Below are positions 19,807-29,367 of a stretch of DNA of 54,807 nucleotides, one piece after another. Both the position numbers and the translations under genes were made by a program. The stretch lies in NCBI GenBank assembly GCA_048941015.1, contig JBHLNZ010000015.1:1-54807 (forward strand), written 5' to 3'. The stretch is from Promethearchaeota archaeon. GTDB lineage: Archaea; Asgardarchaeota; Lokiarchaeia; Sigyniarchaeales; SOKP01. Below the pieces are notes generated by a model that was not told the DNA's origin, searched no databases, and was given only the letters and a program-made list of their open reading frames with translations. The stretch's first letter is position 1. The number at the start of each line of letters is the position of its first letter.

Positions 19807-21021
19807 TTATAAACCGAATACTACCCCAACATACATCACAGCCCCACTAATCAAAGAGACAGTGAAGTTATCATTAAGATTAAACGAGAAAAGCTCTACT
19901 AAGGGTGCAGCAATTCCCCCAATGATTAGAATCCAAATAGAAATGTTTAACGTAGTGGAAAGTATAAATATGCAAATTATAACACAACCAACATATGCGA
20001 GTGTACCTTCAATTGATTTTGCTTCATGTAAGAGTTTATGCCTACCAAAAGCTAATCCAAAAATTTTACTGAATATATCACCAAATACAAGGAATGTAAG
20101 GGCAGTAATTGCAATTTCTTTCGGATCAAAAACAAGAATTGTTATAAACGCAGCAACAAGAAAAAGAGTCATTGAGGAAAATGCTTTTTCTTCGCTTTTT
20201 CTAAATAACGCTTTAACTTTCTCAGTTAGTAATTTATTTGTTTGCTTATGGATGAACCTAAATAGATCAAGAACTATAAAACATAAACCAACAATTCCAA
20301 TGATTATAAGGACGATATTTTTTTCATAAAATATATAAAAAACGACAAATAATATCGCAAAAGGTCTTATAGCGACGCGCCACCAATGAACCTTAAAACT
20401 TTCATCATCAATCCTAATACTTTTACGGCTGAACACATTATATGCTCCCATAAAGGTGATATGAGCAAGGATAAGTAAAAAGTAAAAATTATATGGATTA
20501 GTTGGGTAAAATACAAATACACCATAACAAAGTACAGGAAGGACAATCATCGGTAAAATACTTCCTTGTTTTGTTATATAGGTAAAAATTGCTACAAGTA
20601 CAAGGAGAACAGCGATAATGTAAAAAATTTCTAAGCCAGAAATAATATAATTCACTAAATGAAAAAGTAAAATACCAGTCGCAGCCGCAACACCTTGACC
20701 CCCTCGAAATTTAAGGTAAAATGGAAAAATATGCCCTATAATTGTAAGCAATCCACTAATTTGAATAAAGATAAAATCAGCGCCCATAAGATTTGCTATT
20801 AGCATTACTAACAAACCTTTAAGTGTATCATATAAGGCAGTTGGAATTGCATATCCAATCCCAAGTGAACGATATACATTCGATGTACCTGCGTTCTTAG
20901 TACCGACTTCTCTAATATCAATACCTTTCATTTTACCGAATAAATAACCCGGATTTAGCGTACCAGCAAAATATCCTAACAATAAACTAAAAATATCGAT
21001 TAATAACGTAATTGGATCCAT
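19807..21021 (-). CDS. plsY: PlsY glycerol-3-phosphate acyltransferase fused to a CTP-dependent lipid kinase (SEC59/DGK1/VTE5-like) domain
   Basis: N-half GIDIREVGTKNAGTSNVYR, DTLKG, GHIFPFYLKFRGGQGVA; C-half FGDIFSKIFGLAFGRHK...KSIEGT...DNFTV. Start placed at MDPITLL (ORF track 21072). Confidence 0.88.
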   Translation of the reverse strand: MDPITLLIDIFSLLLGYFAGTLNPGYLFGKMKGIDIREVGTKNAGTSNVYRSLGIGYAIPTALYDTLKGLLVMLIANLMGADFIFIQISGLLTIIGHIFPFYLKFRGGQGVAAATGILLFHLVNYIISGLEIFYIIAVLLVLVAIFTYITKQGSILPMIVLPVLCYGVFVFYPTNPYNFYFLLILAHITFMGAYNVFSRKSIRIDDESFKVHWWRVAIRPFAILFVVFYIFYEKNIVLIIIGIVGLCFIVLDLFRFIHKQTNKLLTEKVKALFRKSEEKAFSSMTLFLVAAFITILVFDPKEIAITALTFLVFGDIFSKIFGLAFGRHKLLHEAKSIEGTLAYVGCVIICIFILSTTLNISIWILIIGGIAAPLVELFSFNLNDNFTVSLISGAVMYVGVVFGL

Positions 21022-21271
21022 AGAATAACACACATTATTAATTTTAAATAGCAATAATTTCTTAACTGCCATTTTTATTAAAGCTTCGTATAAAAATAAA
21101 ATTTGATTATATTTAATTATTTAGTTGTATCTAAAAGATATAATATAAAATAGCATTAAAATAACCTGCTATAAAAATTTGAAGAAATAGTTAAGAATAT
21201 CTAAAGAAATATAGATAAAGAAAGAAAATTAAAAAAATCTATTAAAGAGGCTCACTAGATTTAAAAATCAC

Positions 21272-22216
21272 TTAAACTAGCTTACTTTTAATCTGTTTAG
21301 ATCTACTTCTAAGTGTCACTTCCGTGACCTTTGCTACTTCAGATACTTCAGCTTGGGTTTTTCGGCAGTTACTTGATTTTGCAGCCATATAGATTACACT
21401 TGCTGCTAAACCCTTTGGATCTTTACCAGTTCTCAATAATCCATTTTTCGATGCCTGAGCGAGCATGTTAATTGCTTTCTTTTGAACTTCCATTGGCAAA
21501 TTTAAGTCATTTCCAAAACGAAATACTAATTGTTCAGCAGTAATTGGCTTATATTTCAAGTTTAACTCTGGAAGTACTTCTTTTACAACCATCCCCAAAC
21601 TTCTGTGAACAGTTCTCCTTGGAGTCATAGATGCATCGCATACTTCTTCTAATAATCGCGGAAACTCATGTACTCTTATAGCAGCATATAATGATGCGGC
21701 AATAAAACCATCAATTGAGCGTCCCATTGTCAACTTCTTTTTAGCTACAACACTATAAATTTTCCAAGCTGTTTCTTTGATATATTCTGGAATATTCATC
21801 TTTGAAGTTAACATTTTCAATTTTGGTTTTGCTTCCCAGAAATTCCTTTCGATACTAGATATCAACGAATTTTGGATCTTAGATAGTCTTGAAAACAACG
21901 TCTTTCCTTTAGCGTTAATTAATCGACCTTTTGAGTCAATCTTTGAATTTGGCAACATAGTACGAGGTCCAAATTCTCTCCAGCGAGGTTCAGTCCTTCG
22001 ACGCTTGTTAACTTCTTCAATCGTATATGCGCGACGTTCATTTCCAACTAAATTGCGACTTTGAATTACACCACAATTTAAACACACAATATCTCCGTCT
22101 CTTGACTCGATACATGGATTAGCACAACATTGCCCCGTTCCACAACTACTCATGTTGATTTCATCTGAATTAACCTTTGAAGATCGTAATCGGTCTTTAT
22201 AGCTCATTTTTTTCAC
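21272..22216 (-). CDS. tfb: Transcription initiation factor IIB (TFB)
   Basis: Zn ribbon (CC...VCLNCG) and two cyclin repeats: GRSIDGFIAASLYAAIR, GKDPKGLAASVIYMA, TQAEVSEVAKVTEVTLR. Confidence 0.95.
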   Translation of the reverse strand: MKKMSYKDRLRSSKVNSDEINMSSCGTGQCCANPCIESRDGDIVCLNCGVIQSRNLVGNERRAYTIEEVNKRRRTEPRWREFGPRTMLPNSKIDSKGRLINAKGKTLFSRLSKIQNSLISSIERNFWEAKPKLKMLTSKMNIPEYIKETAWKIYSVVAKKKLTMGRSIDGFIAASLYAAIRVHEFPRLLEEVCDASMTPRRTVHRSLGMVVKEVLPELNLKYKPITAEQLVFRFGNDLNLPMEVQKKAINMLAQASKNGLLRTGKDPKGLAASVIYMAAKSSNCRKTQAEVSEVAKVTEVTLRSRSKQIKSKLV

Positions 22217-22620
22217 TTTTTTTTGTTTTGTTTATATGGGTTTGAATCTTACTAGTTTTTTACGTTACCGTATTTGCTAGATTTGATCAATCTGATATAT
22301 TTTTATTATCTGTTTCAATAATAATATGTTAAATTTATACTAATAAATTTAACATTTTTAAATTATAATATCTCCCAATGAAGACTTATGATTTAAATCT
22401 ATCCAATAAGTTATTAAGTGAGTTGAATATTTAAAAATATTTTTGTCTGAAGTTGTTATCCGTCGGATCACGACCCCACATTTTGCCCATTTTATTATCA
22501 CATTTTGATAAAATTCGATTTAAGGCTTTCTAGATATCAAATATTATGACTTATATTTTATAAGTAAAAATATCTAGAAAAGAAATAGAAATTAGTCAAA
22601 ATAAATAATTTTATATAAAC

Positions 22621-22935
22621 TTAAGAAGCAGTTAAGTGACCGCTAAGAGGTAATAAAAGACTCAAAAATAAGTTAAAAAATATAATGAATATTCCAATAC
22701 CAACTAATATTTTGTTTAAATTAGCGTTATTTGAGAATAACCCCGCAATTAATAGAAGAATTGCTGGAATTAATGTAATACACAAAACGAAAACAATTTG
22801 TCCTAAATTACCCACAGTATAAACATTATTTTCAAAGAAAAAAGAAACAAAAATGATAATTAAATTTAAAAAGCCCTCAATAAGTAGATCTCTCTGAGTC
22901 TTTTTTAGTTTTAAAGATTCTATGCTTTCCGTCAT
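22621..22935 (-). CDS. Small 3-TM membrane protein
   Basis: Hydrophobic 104-aa ORF. Confidence 0.6.
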   Translation of the reverse strand: MTESIESLKLKKTQRDLLIEGFLNLIIIFVSFFFENNVYTVGNLGQIVFVLCITLIPAILLLIAGLFSNNANLNKILVGIGIFIIFFNLFLSLLLPLSGHLTAS

Positions 22936-23028
22936 TATATTATGTTAATAGACTGTTCAGTGATAATTTAGTTAAAATTTGTATCTAATTAAACTTTTCC
23001 GAAATATTGGTAAAATAAAGATTCTTAG

Positions 23029-23322
23029 TTATTTTAACTCTTCAGTAATTTTAAGAAAATCACTATAAGGTATTGCTGTCCAGCTTTCAGCAAAGTTAGC
23101 ACCTGCAGCACGAGATAATAATGAAACTTTTGCGGCTTCTTGTTCATCTTTCGCTTCAAAAATATCGAGAAAATCATATGGTCCTAAAACGGCATAATGG
23201 GAAATCCACCTAATACCGGGCACTTTTTCCTTAACTAATTTTAAGAACTTTTCACCCTGTTCTTTTCTTTTTTCTACTAAATCAGGGTTTTGGAGTTTTG
23301 TTGCAAGAATATATATTGGCAT
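23029..23322 (-). CDS. GYD domain protein
   Basis: MPIYILATKL...YAVLGPYDFLDIFEA; start at the internal ATG. Confidence 0.85.
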   Translation of the reverse strand: MPIYILATKLQNPDLVEKRKEQGEKFLKLVKEKVPGIRWISHYAVLGPYDFLDIFEAKDEQEAAKVSLLSRAAGANFAESWTAIPYSDFLKITEELK

Positions 23323-23422
23323 AATGAAATTTATTATAATTGAAAAAATAAAGTTTACTGCTATGATTATTTTAAACAAAATTCAGAAAAAAATCTTTAA
23401 GTTAATTTGAAAGTATAAAAAT

Positions 23423-24319
23423 TCAAACCTTTCTCATATATTCCCTTATTTGTTTATATCCAATTATTTTTAGATCATATTCTTTAACACATTCTTTAAT
23501 TCGGGGATCTATGAAAGCTTTATAGTCTTGATCTCGCCAAACTGCAGAATCTGGAGTTATTGCTTGTAATTCAGGACTCATTTTAGCAGCATGAAATAGA
23601 AGATGGGTAAGTCCAGGTTTTAATTTTGAAAAAAGTTTGCAATAATAACTTGTTTTATCTTTATATTTCCCACCAGTTTCGGTAATCATATAGTCTATTA
23701 AAGGTAAACCACTCTCTTCTACTTTTTTAAGTAGTTTTGAATAGATGGGCGCATATTGTCCTAATCCTCTTGCAATTAATTCTTCTTTAGAGACATTAGG
23801 AATAAAAGCAGGGATATTATATTCTCGAGCTAATTTTAAATAGAAAGGCATAAATTTTGGATCCATCACGGTTCCCATATGGGTATCTATATGAGAAATA
23901 ACGATTCCGTTATCTAAAGCCATTTGAATTTGGGCTCGCATTTCATTTTCAGCTGCTTGTGGAGTTACATTAGCAATTGCCTCTACTTCTGTTCTCCAAA
24001 GACATTTTTCTGAATCTAATAGTCCTGTTTTAAGATCAATACTACTTAGTGGTCTCCAACGATAAATATTCCATTCAGATGTAAGAGTTAAATGAACACC
24101 TAAATCATATTTAGGACTTTTTTTATAAATTGAAGCGGTTTCTAGAAACCACGGGGATGGGACAATAATCGAACCGCAACTCGCTACTCCAAAATCCAAA
24201 CATTCAAATGTTGCCACATTTGAAGAATGACAAAATCCTACATCGTCAATATGAAGAATTACTACCTTATCACTAGCATCAAATCCTAATTTCTCAATAA
24301 ATGATTCCTTTTCTATCAT
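23423..24319 (-). CDS. ChbG/YdjC-family carbohydrate deacetylase
   Basis: ILHIDDVG, GVHLTLTSEW, SHIDTHMG. Confidence 0.88.
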   Translation of the reverse strand: MIEKESFIEKLGFDASDKVVILHIDDVGFCHSSNVATFECLDFGVASCGSIIVPSPWFLETASIYKKSPKYDLGVHLTLTSEWNIYRWRPLSSIDLKTGLLDSEKCLWRTEVEAIANVTPQAAENEMRAQIQMALDNGIVISHIDTHMGTVMDPKFMPFYLKLAREYNIPAFIPNVSKEELIARGLGQYAPIYSKLLKKVEESGLPLIDYMITETGGKYKDKTSYYCKLFSKLKPGLTHLLFHAAKMSPELQAITPDSAVWRDQDYKAFIDPRIKECVKEYDLKIIGYKQIREYMRKV

Positions 24320-24352
24320 AATAATTTGAATTAAAATAAGTTTAAAAAATTA

Positions 24353-25633
24353 TTACTGTGTTAATCTTGGTAAGATTTGAGGACCATTAGGTAAAATTAA
24401 TATTTTTGCTTCACTTCCATGCTCTTTTAACGATTTTTTTATAGCATCTTCAACAGTTTTAGCATACCTTAAACCAATATTTCCTAATTCATTCGGGTTT
24501 AGTTTAGATATTATATAAATCTCAGCCTTCATCATTACTCTAGTTAAAACTTGTATTTCCCATTGGTCGGGTACTAGAATTTTCCTCGTATAAATCTTTT
24601 CATAAATCTCTTTAGGTTCTAGTCCACAGTAAAGTAGTTCCTTAAATTGATCTTGACCAACGCCTATTCCATCTGAACATTCATTAACAGAAATGATTGT
24701 TCCTCCCTTTTTTACTGCCATCTCACCAACTGCCATGCTCTTTACAGCTTGATATAAGTTAAGGTCAAGAGGGTAACCACCATTTCCACAGATAACAATA
24801 TCATAAGGTTCTTGGATTTCTTTAAAGATGAATTTTAATTGGTAATCAACAAGTTTTCGATGTACTGCTTCTAAATCTCCAACAGCAATTTGAGTGATTT
24901 TATGTTCACTATCTATACAGACATTTACTATAAAATCGACTCCCGCCATTTTAGCAGCTTCAGTTGAAATTTTCGCCATTGGATTTTTTTCATAAATTCC
25001 AAACCTGGAATACGGAGAAGCTATATTTTCTGCTGAATGGTTTTCTAGAATTGTTTTTTCTCCGGCAATCCCTGGTACAATTGACTTTCGGCCTCCTGCG
25101 AACCCAAAAAAGAAATGAGGTTCTACATACCCGGTTAAAATTTTTAAATCACTTTCAAAGTAATGTTTATTTACAAATATTGGACAATTATCACTAGTTT
25201 TTCCTAAAAAAATGAGCGAATTGTTATCTGTTGCAACATGATCAATTGTCTTGATTCTTGTTTTTAATTTTTTACCTAATATACGTTCTAGTTCATCTTT
25301 TTGAGAAGGACGATGTAATCCAGTGGCAATTAATACTACGATCTGATCATTATGAATTCCATAATCATTTAATTCAGCAATAATAGCTTCTAAAATTATA
25401 TCAGATGGGATGGGGCGAGTAGCATCTGATACTACAATACAAACTTGATTTAAAGGTTTTTTACGTTCAACTATTACCTTTAAAGGAGCTGTTTCTAAAG
25501 GATTTCTGAGTGCTTCTCTAATTTTATTAATTGGATCTTCAACATTTTTTTGTTTTTCTGCTTGAAAGATTGTTACATTCCAATTAGGATTAATCTTTAT
25601 TTCCAAACCATCTTTGCCATAATCAAATTTAAT
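24353..25633 (-). CDS. larA: Nickel-dependent lactate racemase family (LarA); start codon uncertain
   Basis: SDATRP, ATGLHR, PHFFFGFAGGRKSIVPG, NLYQAVK, DQWEIQ; similarity extends upstream of the ORF-track start (IKFDYGKDGLEI). Confidence 0.88.
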   Translation of the reverse strand: MKFDYGKDGLEIKINPNWNVTIFQAEKQKNVEDPINKIREALRNPLETAPLKVIVERKKPLNQVCIVVSDATRPIPSDIILEAIIAELNDYGIHNDQIVVLIATGLHRPSQKDELERILGKKLKTRIKTIDHVATDNNSLIFLGKTSDNCPIFVNKHYFESDLKILTGYVEPHFFFGFAGGRKSIVPGIAGEKTILENHSAENIASPYSRFGIYEKNPMAKISTEAAKMAGVDFIVNVCIDSEHKITQIAVGDLEAVHRKLVDYQLKFIFKEIQEPYDIVICGNGGYPLDLNLYQAVKSMAVGEMAVKKGGTIISVNECSDGIGVGQDQFKELLYCGLEPKEIYEKIYTRKILVPDQWEIQVLTRVMMKAEIYIISKLNPNELGNIGLRYAKTVEDAIKKSLKEHGSEAKILILPNGPQILPRLTQ

Positions 25634-25805
25634 AAGACCATCACTTCTAAATAGTAATTATTTCTTATTCTTTCTCAGAAATTGTGTAAGTAGCTATTCA
25701 TCCGAAATAGGATTCCAGTCAGTTTCTATTATTATTAAGATCTATTTCTTCGATAATTATAGTTATAAAAAAGATTTTTAAATTTTTAATTTTGGCGATT
25801 AATTT

Positions 25806-26693
25806 TCAAAATGTATTGAACATCTCACCTTTAAAACCCCAGTTTTTAAGAATCATTTCAGCATTATTGATTATATTCTCTATAAATTCTTTAACAGTTA
25901 CAATTTCATCAATATGTCCTGCAGCCATACTCCATACACTTTTATCTTTTAATTGATGATGAAATATTTGTTTATAATATTTTTCATCAAAAATGTCTTG
26001 ATTAATTAATTTTTTTTTATAACTCTGGGGGACCTTACACTCTTTAGTAGCCATCACTGCAGTTCCAAAACATACAGCATCAGCACCCATTGCTAAAGCT
26101 GATAAATATCCTCGCGCATCACCAATACCTCCAGCAGCAATAATAGGGATTTTTAGAATCCTCTTACCCATTGTTATATTAACTAAAGTTGTATTTTGGA
26201 TGGGATTTTTAAAACCTGTTCCTTCTACTCCTACTAAAGTTACCGCATCAGCTCCTAAATTTTCAGCAGAAATTGCATGCTTTATTGTTGTACATTTATG
26301 AACCCAAATACATCCTGCTTCTTTAATTATTTTTCCTATTTTAGGAGCTTGATAAGCAGAAGTAGTAAAAATTTTGACACCTTCATTCAAAGCAATGTTG
26401 AGAAAATTTATATAACTTTCTTCAGTTTTAGGTTTTGGTACTCTTTTAGCCATTATCGGGGGCATAATTGAGAAGTTTATCCCATAAGGCTTATCAGTTA
26501 AAGCATTCATATTTTCAATTTCTTTCCGAAAATCTTCATCTTTAAAAAAATTAAGTGCAGTAATAATACCTAATCCACCTGCATTTGAGAATGAGGCAGC
26601 AAATTCTGCCCTTCCTACACCAGCAAAAGCACCCATAATAATTGGATACTTAATTGCTGTTAATTCAGTAATTTTCGTTTTCCAAATCATCAA
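25806..26693 (-). CDS. Nitronate monooxygenase / FabK-like flavin oxidoreductase
   Basis: IKYPIIMG, SNAGGLGII, PIIAAGGIGDARG, GADAVCFGT. Confidence 0.9.
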   Translation of the reverse strand: MMIWKTKITELTAIKYPIIMGAFAGVGRAEFAASFSNAGGLGIITALNFFKDEDFRKEIENMNALTDKPYGINFSIMPPIMAKRVPKPKTEESYINFLNIALNEGVKIFTTSAYQAPKIGKIIKEAGCIWVHKCTTIKHAISAENLGADAVTLVGVEGTGFKNPIQNTTLVNITMGKRILKIPIIAAGGIGDARGYLSALAMGADAVCFGTAVMATKECKVPQSYKKKLINQDIFDEKYYKQIFHHQLKDKSVWSMAAGHIDEIVTVKEFIENIINNAEMILKNWGFKGEMFNTF

Positions 26694-26882
26694 AAATCAG
26701 GGAAGATTCAATTAAAATCAATTTTACAAAAATGAAGAATCTAAATTTTTATTTTTATTATCCTTATTTTTATACACAGATAATAATATTTCATAAAAAA
26801 GATTTTTTAAATATATCAAATACCATTATATTTTTGTAAAGAAACTAAAATTAGGAAATTTTTTGGGAAATTGTGATTCTTT

Positions 26883-27299
26883 ATGGGTAAGATTTTAAAA
26901 GATCTATGGATTCTTACTTCAACTGGAGTAGTTGTATATTCAAGAGTTATTGATGAAAGAATCAATCCTCAACTTTTTGGCGCATTGATGAGTGCTTTAA
27001 ATAGTTTTGCAGAACAACTTTCGAATGGAGGAATCTCAAATTTTGAGATGTCAGATATGAGGTTTGTAGTGGTTCGACGAAGAGATTATTTATTTGTTGG
27101 AAGTGCACTTAATAAAACAAAAGAAAAGAAAGTAATTGACGAATTAAAAGTTATTTCCGACAAATTTTTTGAATTATATTCCTTAGAATCATTACTGAAT
27201 TGGGATAGTGACATCAGTAAATTTTCTGATTTTGGAGAACATATTAAAAAGTCATTAGAAAAAGCGCCAGCTGATAAACTAAAAGAAGCATTCTGGTAA
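26883..27299 (+). CDS. Asgard longin-fold protein
   Basis: LWILTSTGVVVYSR...QLFGALMSALNSFAEQL...KFFELY...WDSDISKFSDF pattern typical of archaeal longin domains. Confidence 0.75.
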   Translation: MGKILKDLWILTSTGVVVYSRVIDERINPQLFGALMSALNSFAEQLSNGGISNFEMSDMRFVVVRRRDYLFVGSALNKTKEKKVIDELKVISDKFFELYSLESLLNWDSDISKFSDFGEHIKKSLEKAPADKLKEAFW

Positions 27300-27420
27300 T
27301 CATATTCAAATTCACACACTTTTTTTATATAAACGTAAAAAATTTAAGAAAGAAAACACTAATATTTCTTGAACTTATACTAAGATTCATTCAACTTAAA
27401 TTCTTAATGAAAGACCGATA

Positions 27421-27753
27421 ATGAAAGATTTAGATAATGATAAAAAGATACAAGATCCGAAAGTTTTAGACGATTTTGAAGAGCTTTTAAATAAAAATAG
27501 ATTGGATTTTCTTGGATCGTCTAATCCAAATAAAATAGTTAAAAGTTTAACTTCACCTCGATTTTTAGGATCATATCATTTGAAAACAGATATAAATCCT
27601 CAATTTAAATCTTTTCAAAGGCTTATAAAAGGAGAAATTGATTTGAAATCTTCAAAAGCTTTACGAAGTATTGTTTTTAATCCCCTAACGATTACACTTA
27701 TAATAATTGCTTTTGTATTTAACCTATTTTTACTATTTTTCAGTATTTTGTAA
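27421..27753 (+). CDS. Hypothetical protein with C-terminal TM helix
   Basis: 110 aa with a hydrophobic C-terminus. Confidence 0.6.
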   Translation: MKDLDNDKKIQDPKVLDDFEELLNKNRLDFLGSSNPNKIVKSLTSPRFLGSYHLKTDINPQFKSFQRLIKGEIDLKSSKALRSIVFNPLTITLIIIAFVFNLFLLFFSIL

Positions 27754-27897
27754 TCAACAAATTCAAAAAAAAAATTGAAAATTTCCTTTGTTATTATTAA
27801 CTTCAAATCATATCAATCTAAATAAATTTTAAAGAAATCTTACCATTTTATATATAATTTTTATTATTTAATTCGATAATTAGATGGGGTCTATTTT

Positions 27898-29367
27898 TTG
27901 ATTTATGATGTAATAATTATTGGAGGCGGAGTTATCGGGTGTTGTATAGCAAGAACTCTTTCAAAATTCGATCTCAAAATCGCTCTTTTGGAAAAGGAAG
28001 CAGAATTGGCGTCAGGAACCACTAAAGCTAATTCTGGCGTTATTCATGCGGGATATGCTGCTCCAAGAGAATATGTTAGAAGAAATTTATGTATCAAAGG
28101 TAATAAGTTATATACACAAGCCGCTGAAGAATTAAAATTTCCTTTCCAAAGAATTGGATCTTTTGTAGTAGCTTTAGAGGATAGTCAGATAAAAAATCTT
28201 GAGGAAGAAAGAAAACGTGGTATAGAAGATGGAGTTCCCGGTTTAGAATTAATTTTAGACAAACAAAGGATAAAATATATGGAACCTAACCTCACCGATG
28301 AGGTTGTTGGAGCTTTACATGCTCCCTCTGCTGGTATCGTTAGTCCATATGAAATGACTTTTGCACTTGCCGATAATGCTGCCGTAAATGGCGTAAAATT
28401 TTTTCGAAATCAAAAAGTTAGCAAAATAAAACATACTGATTATATCTTTACAATAAAGACAAAGACAGATGAATTCAAAGCTAATAATATAATAAATTGT
28501 GCTGGAGTATATTCTGCAAAGATATCTAAAATGGTTGGTTTAGATTATTTCGAAATTATGCCACGTAAAGGAGAATATATATTATTCGATAGAAATGCAA
28601 TGCATTTAAATAAAATTTTGTTCCCTATTCCTACTAAAGTTTCAAAAGGAATATTAGTTTGCCCAACAATGCATGGGAATACATTTGTTGGACCTAATGC
28701 TCAAAATATTACAGACAAGAAAGATATTTCGACAACTGAAGCAGGATTGAAAGAAATTATAGAAGGTGGAAGGAAAATGGTCCCAAATTTACCACTACGG
28801 GCATCAATTAGAAATTTTGCTGGATTACGTGCTGTACCTAGCACCTATGATTTTATCATTGATAACACAGATATATATGGCTTTATAAATGTAGCAGGTA
28901 TTCTCTCTCCGGGACTAACTTCTTGTTATGCAATAGCTGAAAAGGTTGTGGAATTCCTTGAGCTTTTAGGACTTCAATTAAAAGTAAAAGAAGATTACAA
29001 TCCAATCCGTCTAAAACCAGAGAGATTTAAAGATTTTTCAAAAGAAGAATTGGATCAAAAAGTTAAAGAAGACCCAGCTTGGGGAAAAATTATATGCCGA
29101 TGTGAAACAATACCAGAAAAAGAAATTTTAAATGCAATTCATTCTCCTGTGGGTGCTACAACTGTTGATGGTGTGAAATTTAGATGTCGACCAGGAATGG
29201 GGCGATGTCAAGGAGGTTTTTGTCGCCCACGTGTCATGGAAATACTTTCACGAGAGTTAAAGATCCCTTTTGAAGAAGTTACTAAAAGAGGTGAAGATAC
29301 GAATTTCTTAGTTGCTAAAACTAAAGATTTATTACTTGAAGGAATTGTTGAAGGTGGTGAAAAGTGA
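27898..29367 (+). CDS. FAD-dependent glycerol-3-phosphate dehydrogenase-like oxidoreductase with BFD-like [2Fe-2S] domain
   Basis: GGGVIG, TKANSGVIHAG, SPGLT, ICRCE...GMGRCQGGFC. Confidence 0.88.
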   Translation: MIYDVIIIGGGVIGCCIARTLSKFDLKIALLEKEAELASGTTKANSGVIHAGYAAPREYVRRNLCIKGNKLYTQAAEELKFPFQRIGSFVVALEDSQIKNLEEERKRGIEDGVPGLELILDKQRIKYMEPNLTDEVVGALHAPSAGIVSPYEMTFALADNAAVNGVKFFRNQKVSKIKHTDYIFTIKTKTDEFKANNIINCAGVYSAKISKMVGLDYFEIMPRKGEYILFDRNAMHLNKILFPIPTKVSKGILVCPTMHGNTFVGPNAQNITDKKDISTTEAGLKEIIEGGRKMVPNLPLRASIRNFAGLRAVPSTYDFIIDNTDIYGFINVAGILSPGLTSCYAIAEKVVEFLELLGLQLKVKEDYNPIRLKPERFKDFSKEELDQKVKEDPAWGKIICRCETIPEKEILNAIHSPVGATTVDGVKFRCRPGMGRCQGGFCRPRVMEILSRELKIPFEEVTKRGEDTNFLVAKTKDLLLEGIVEGGEK

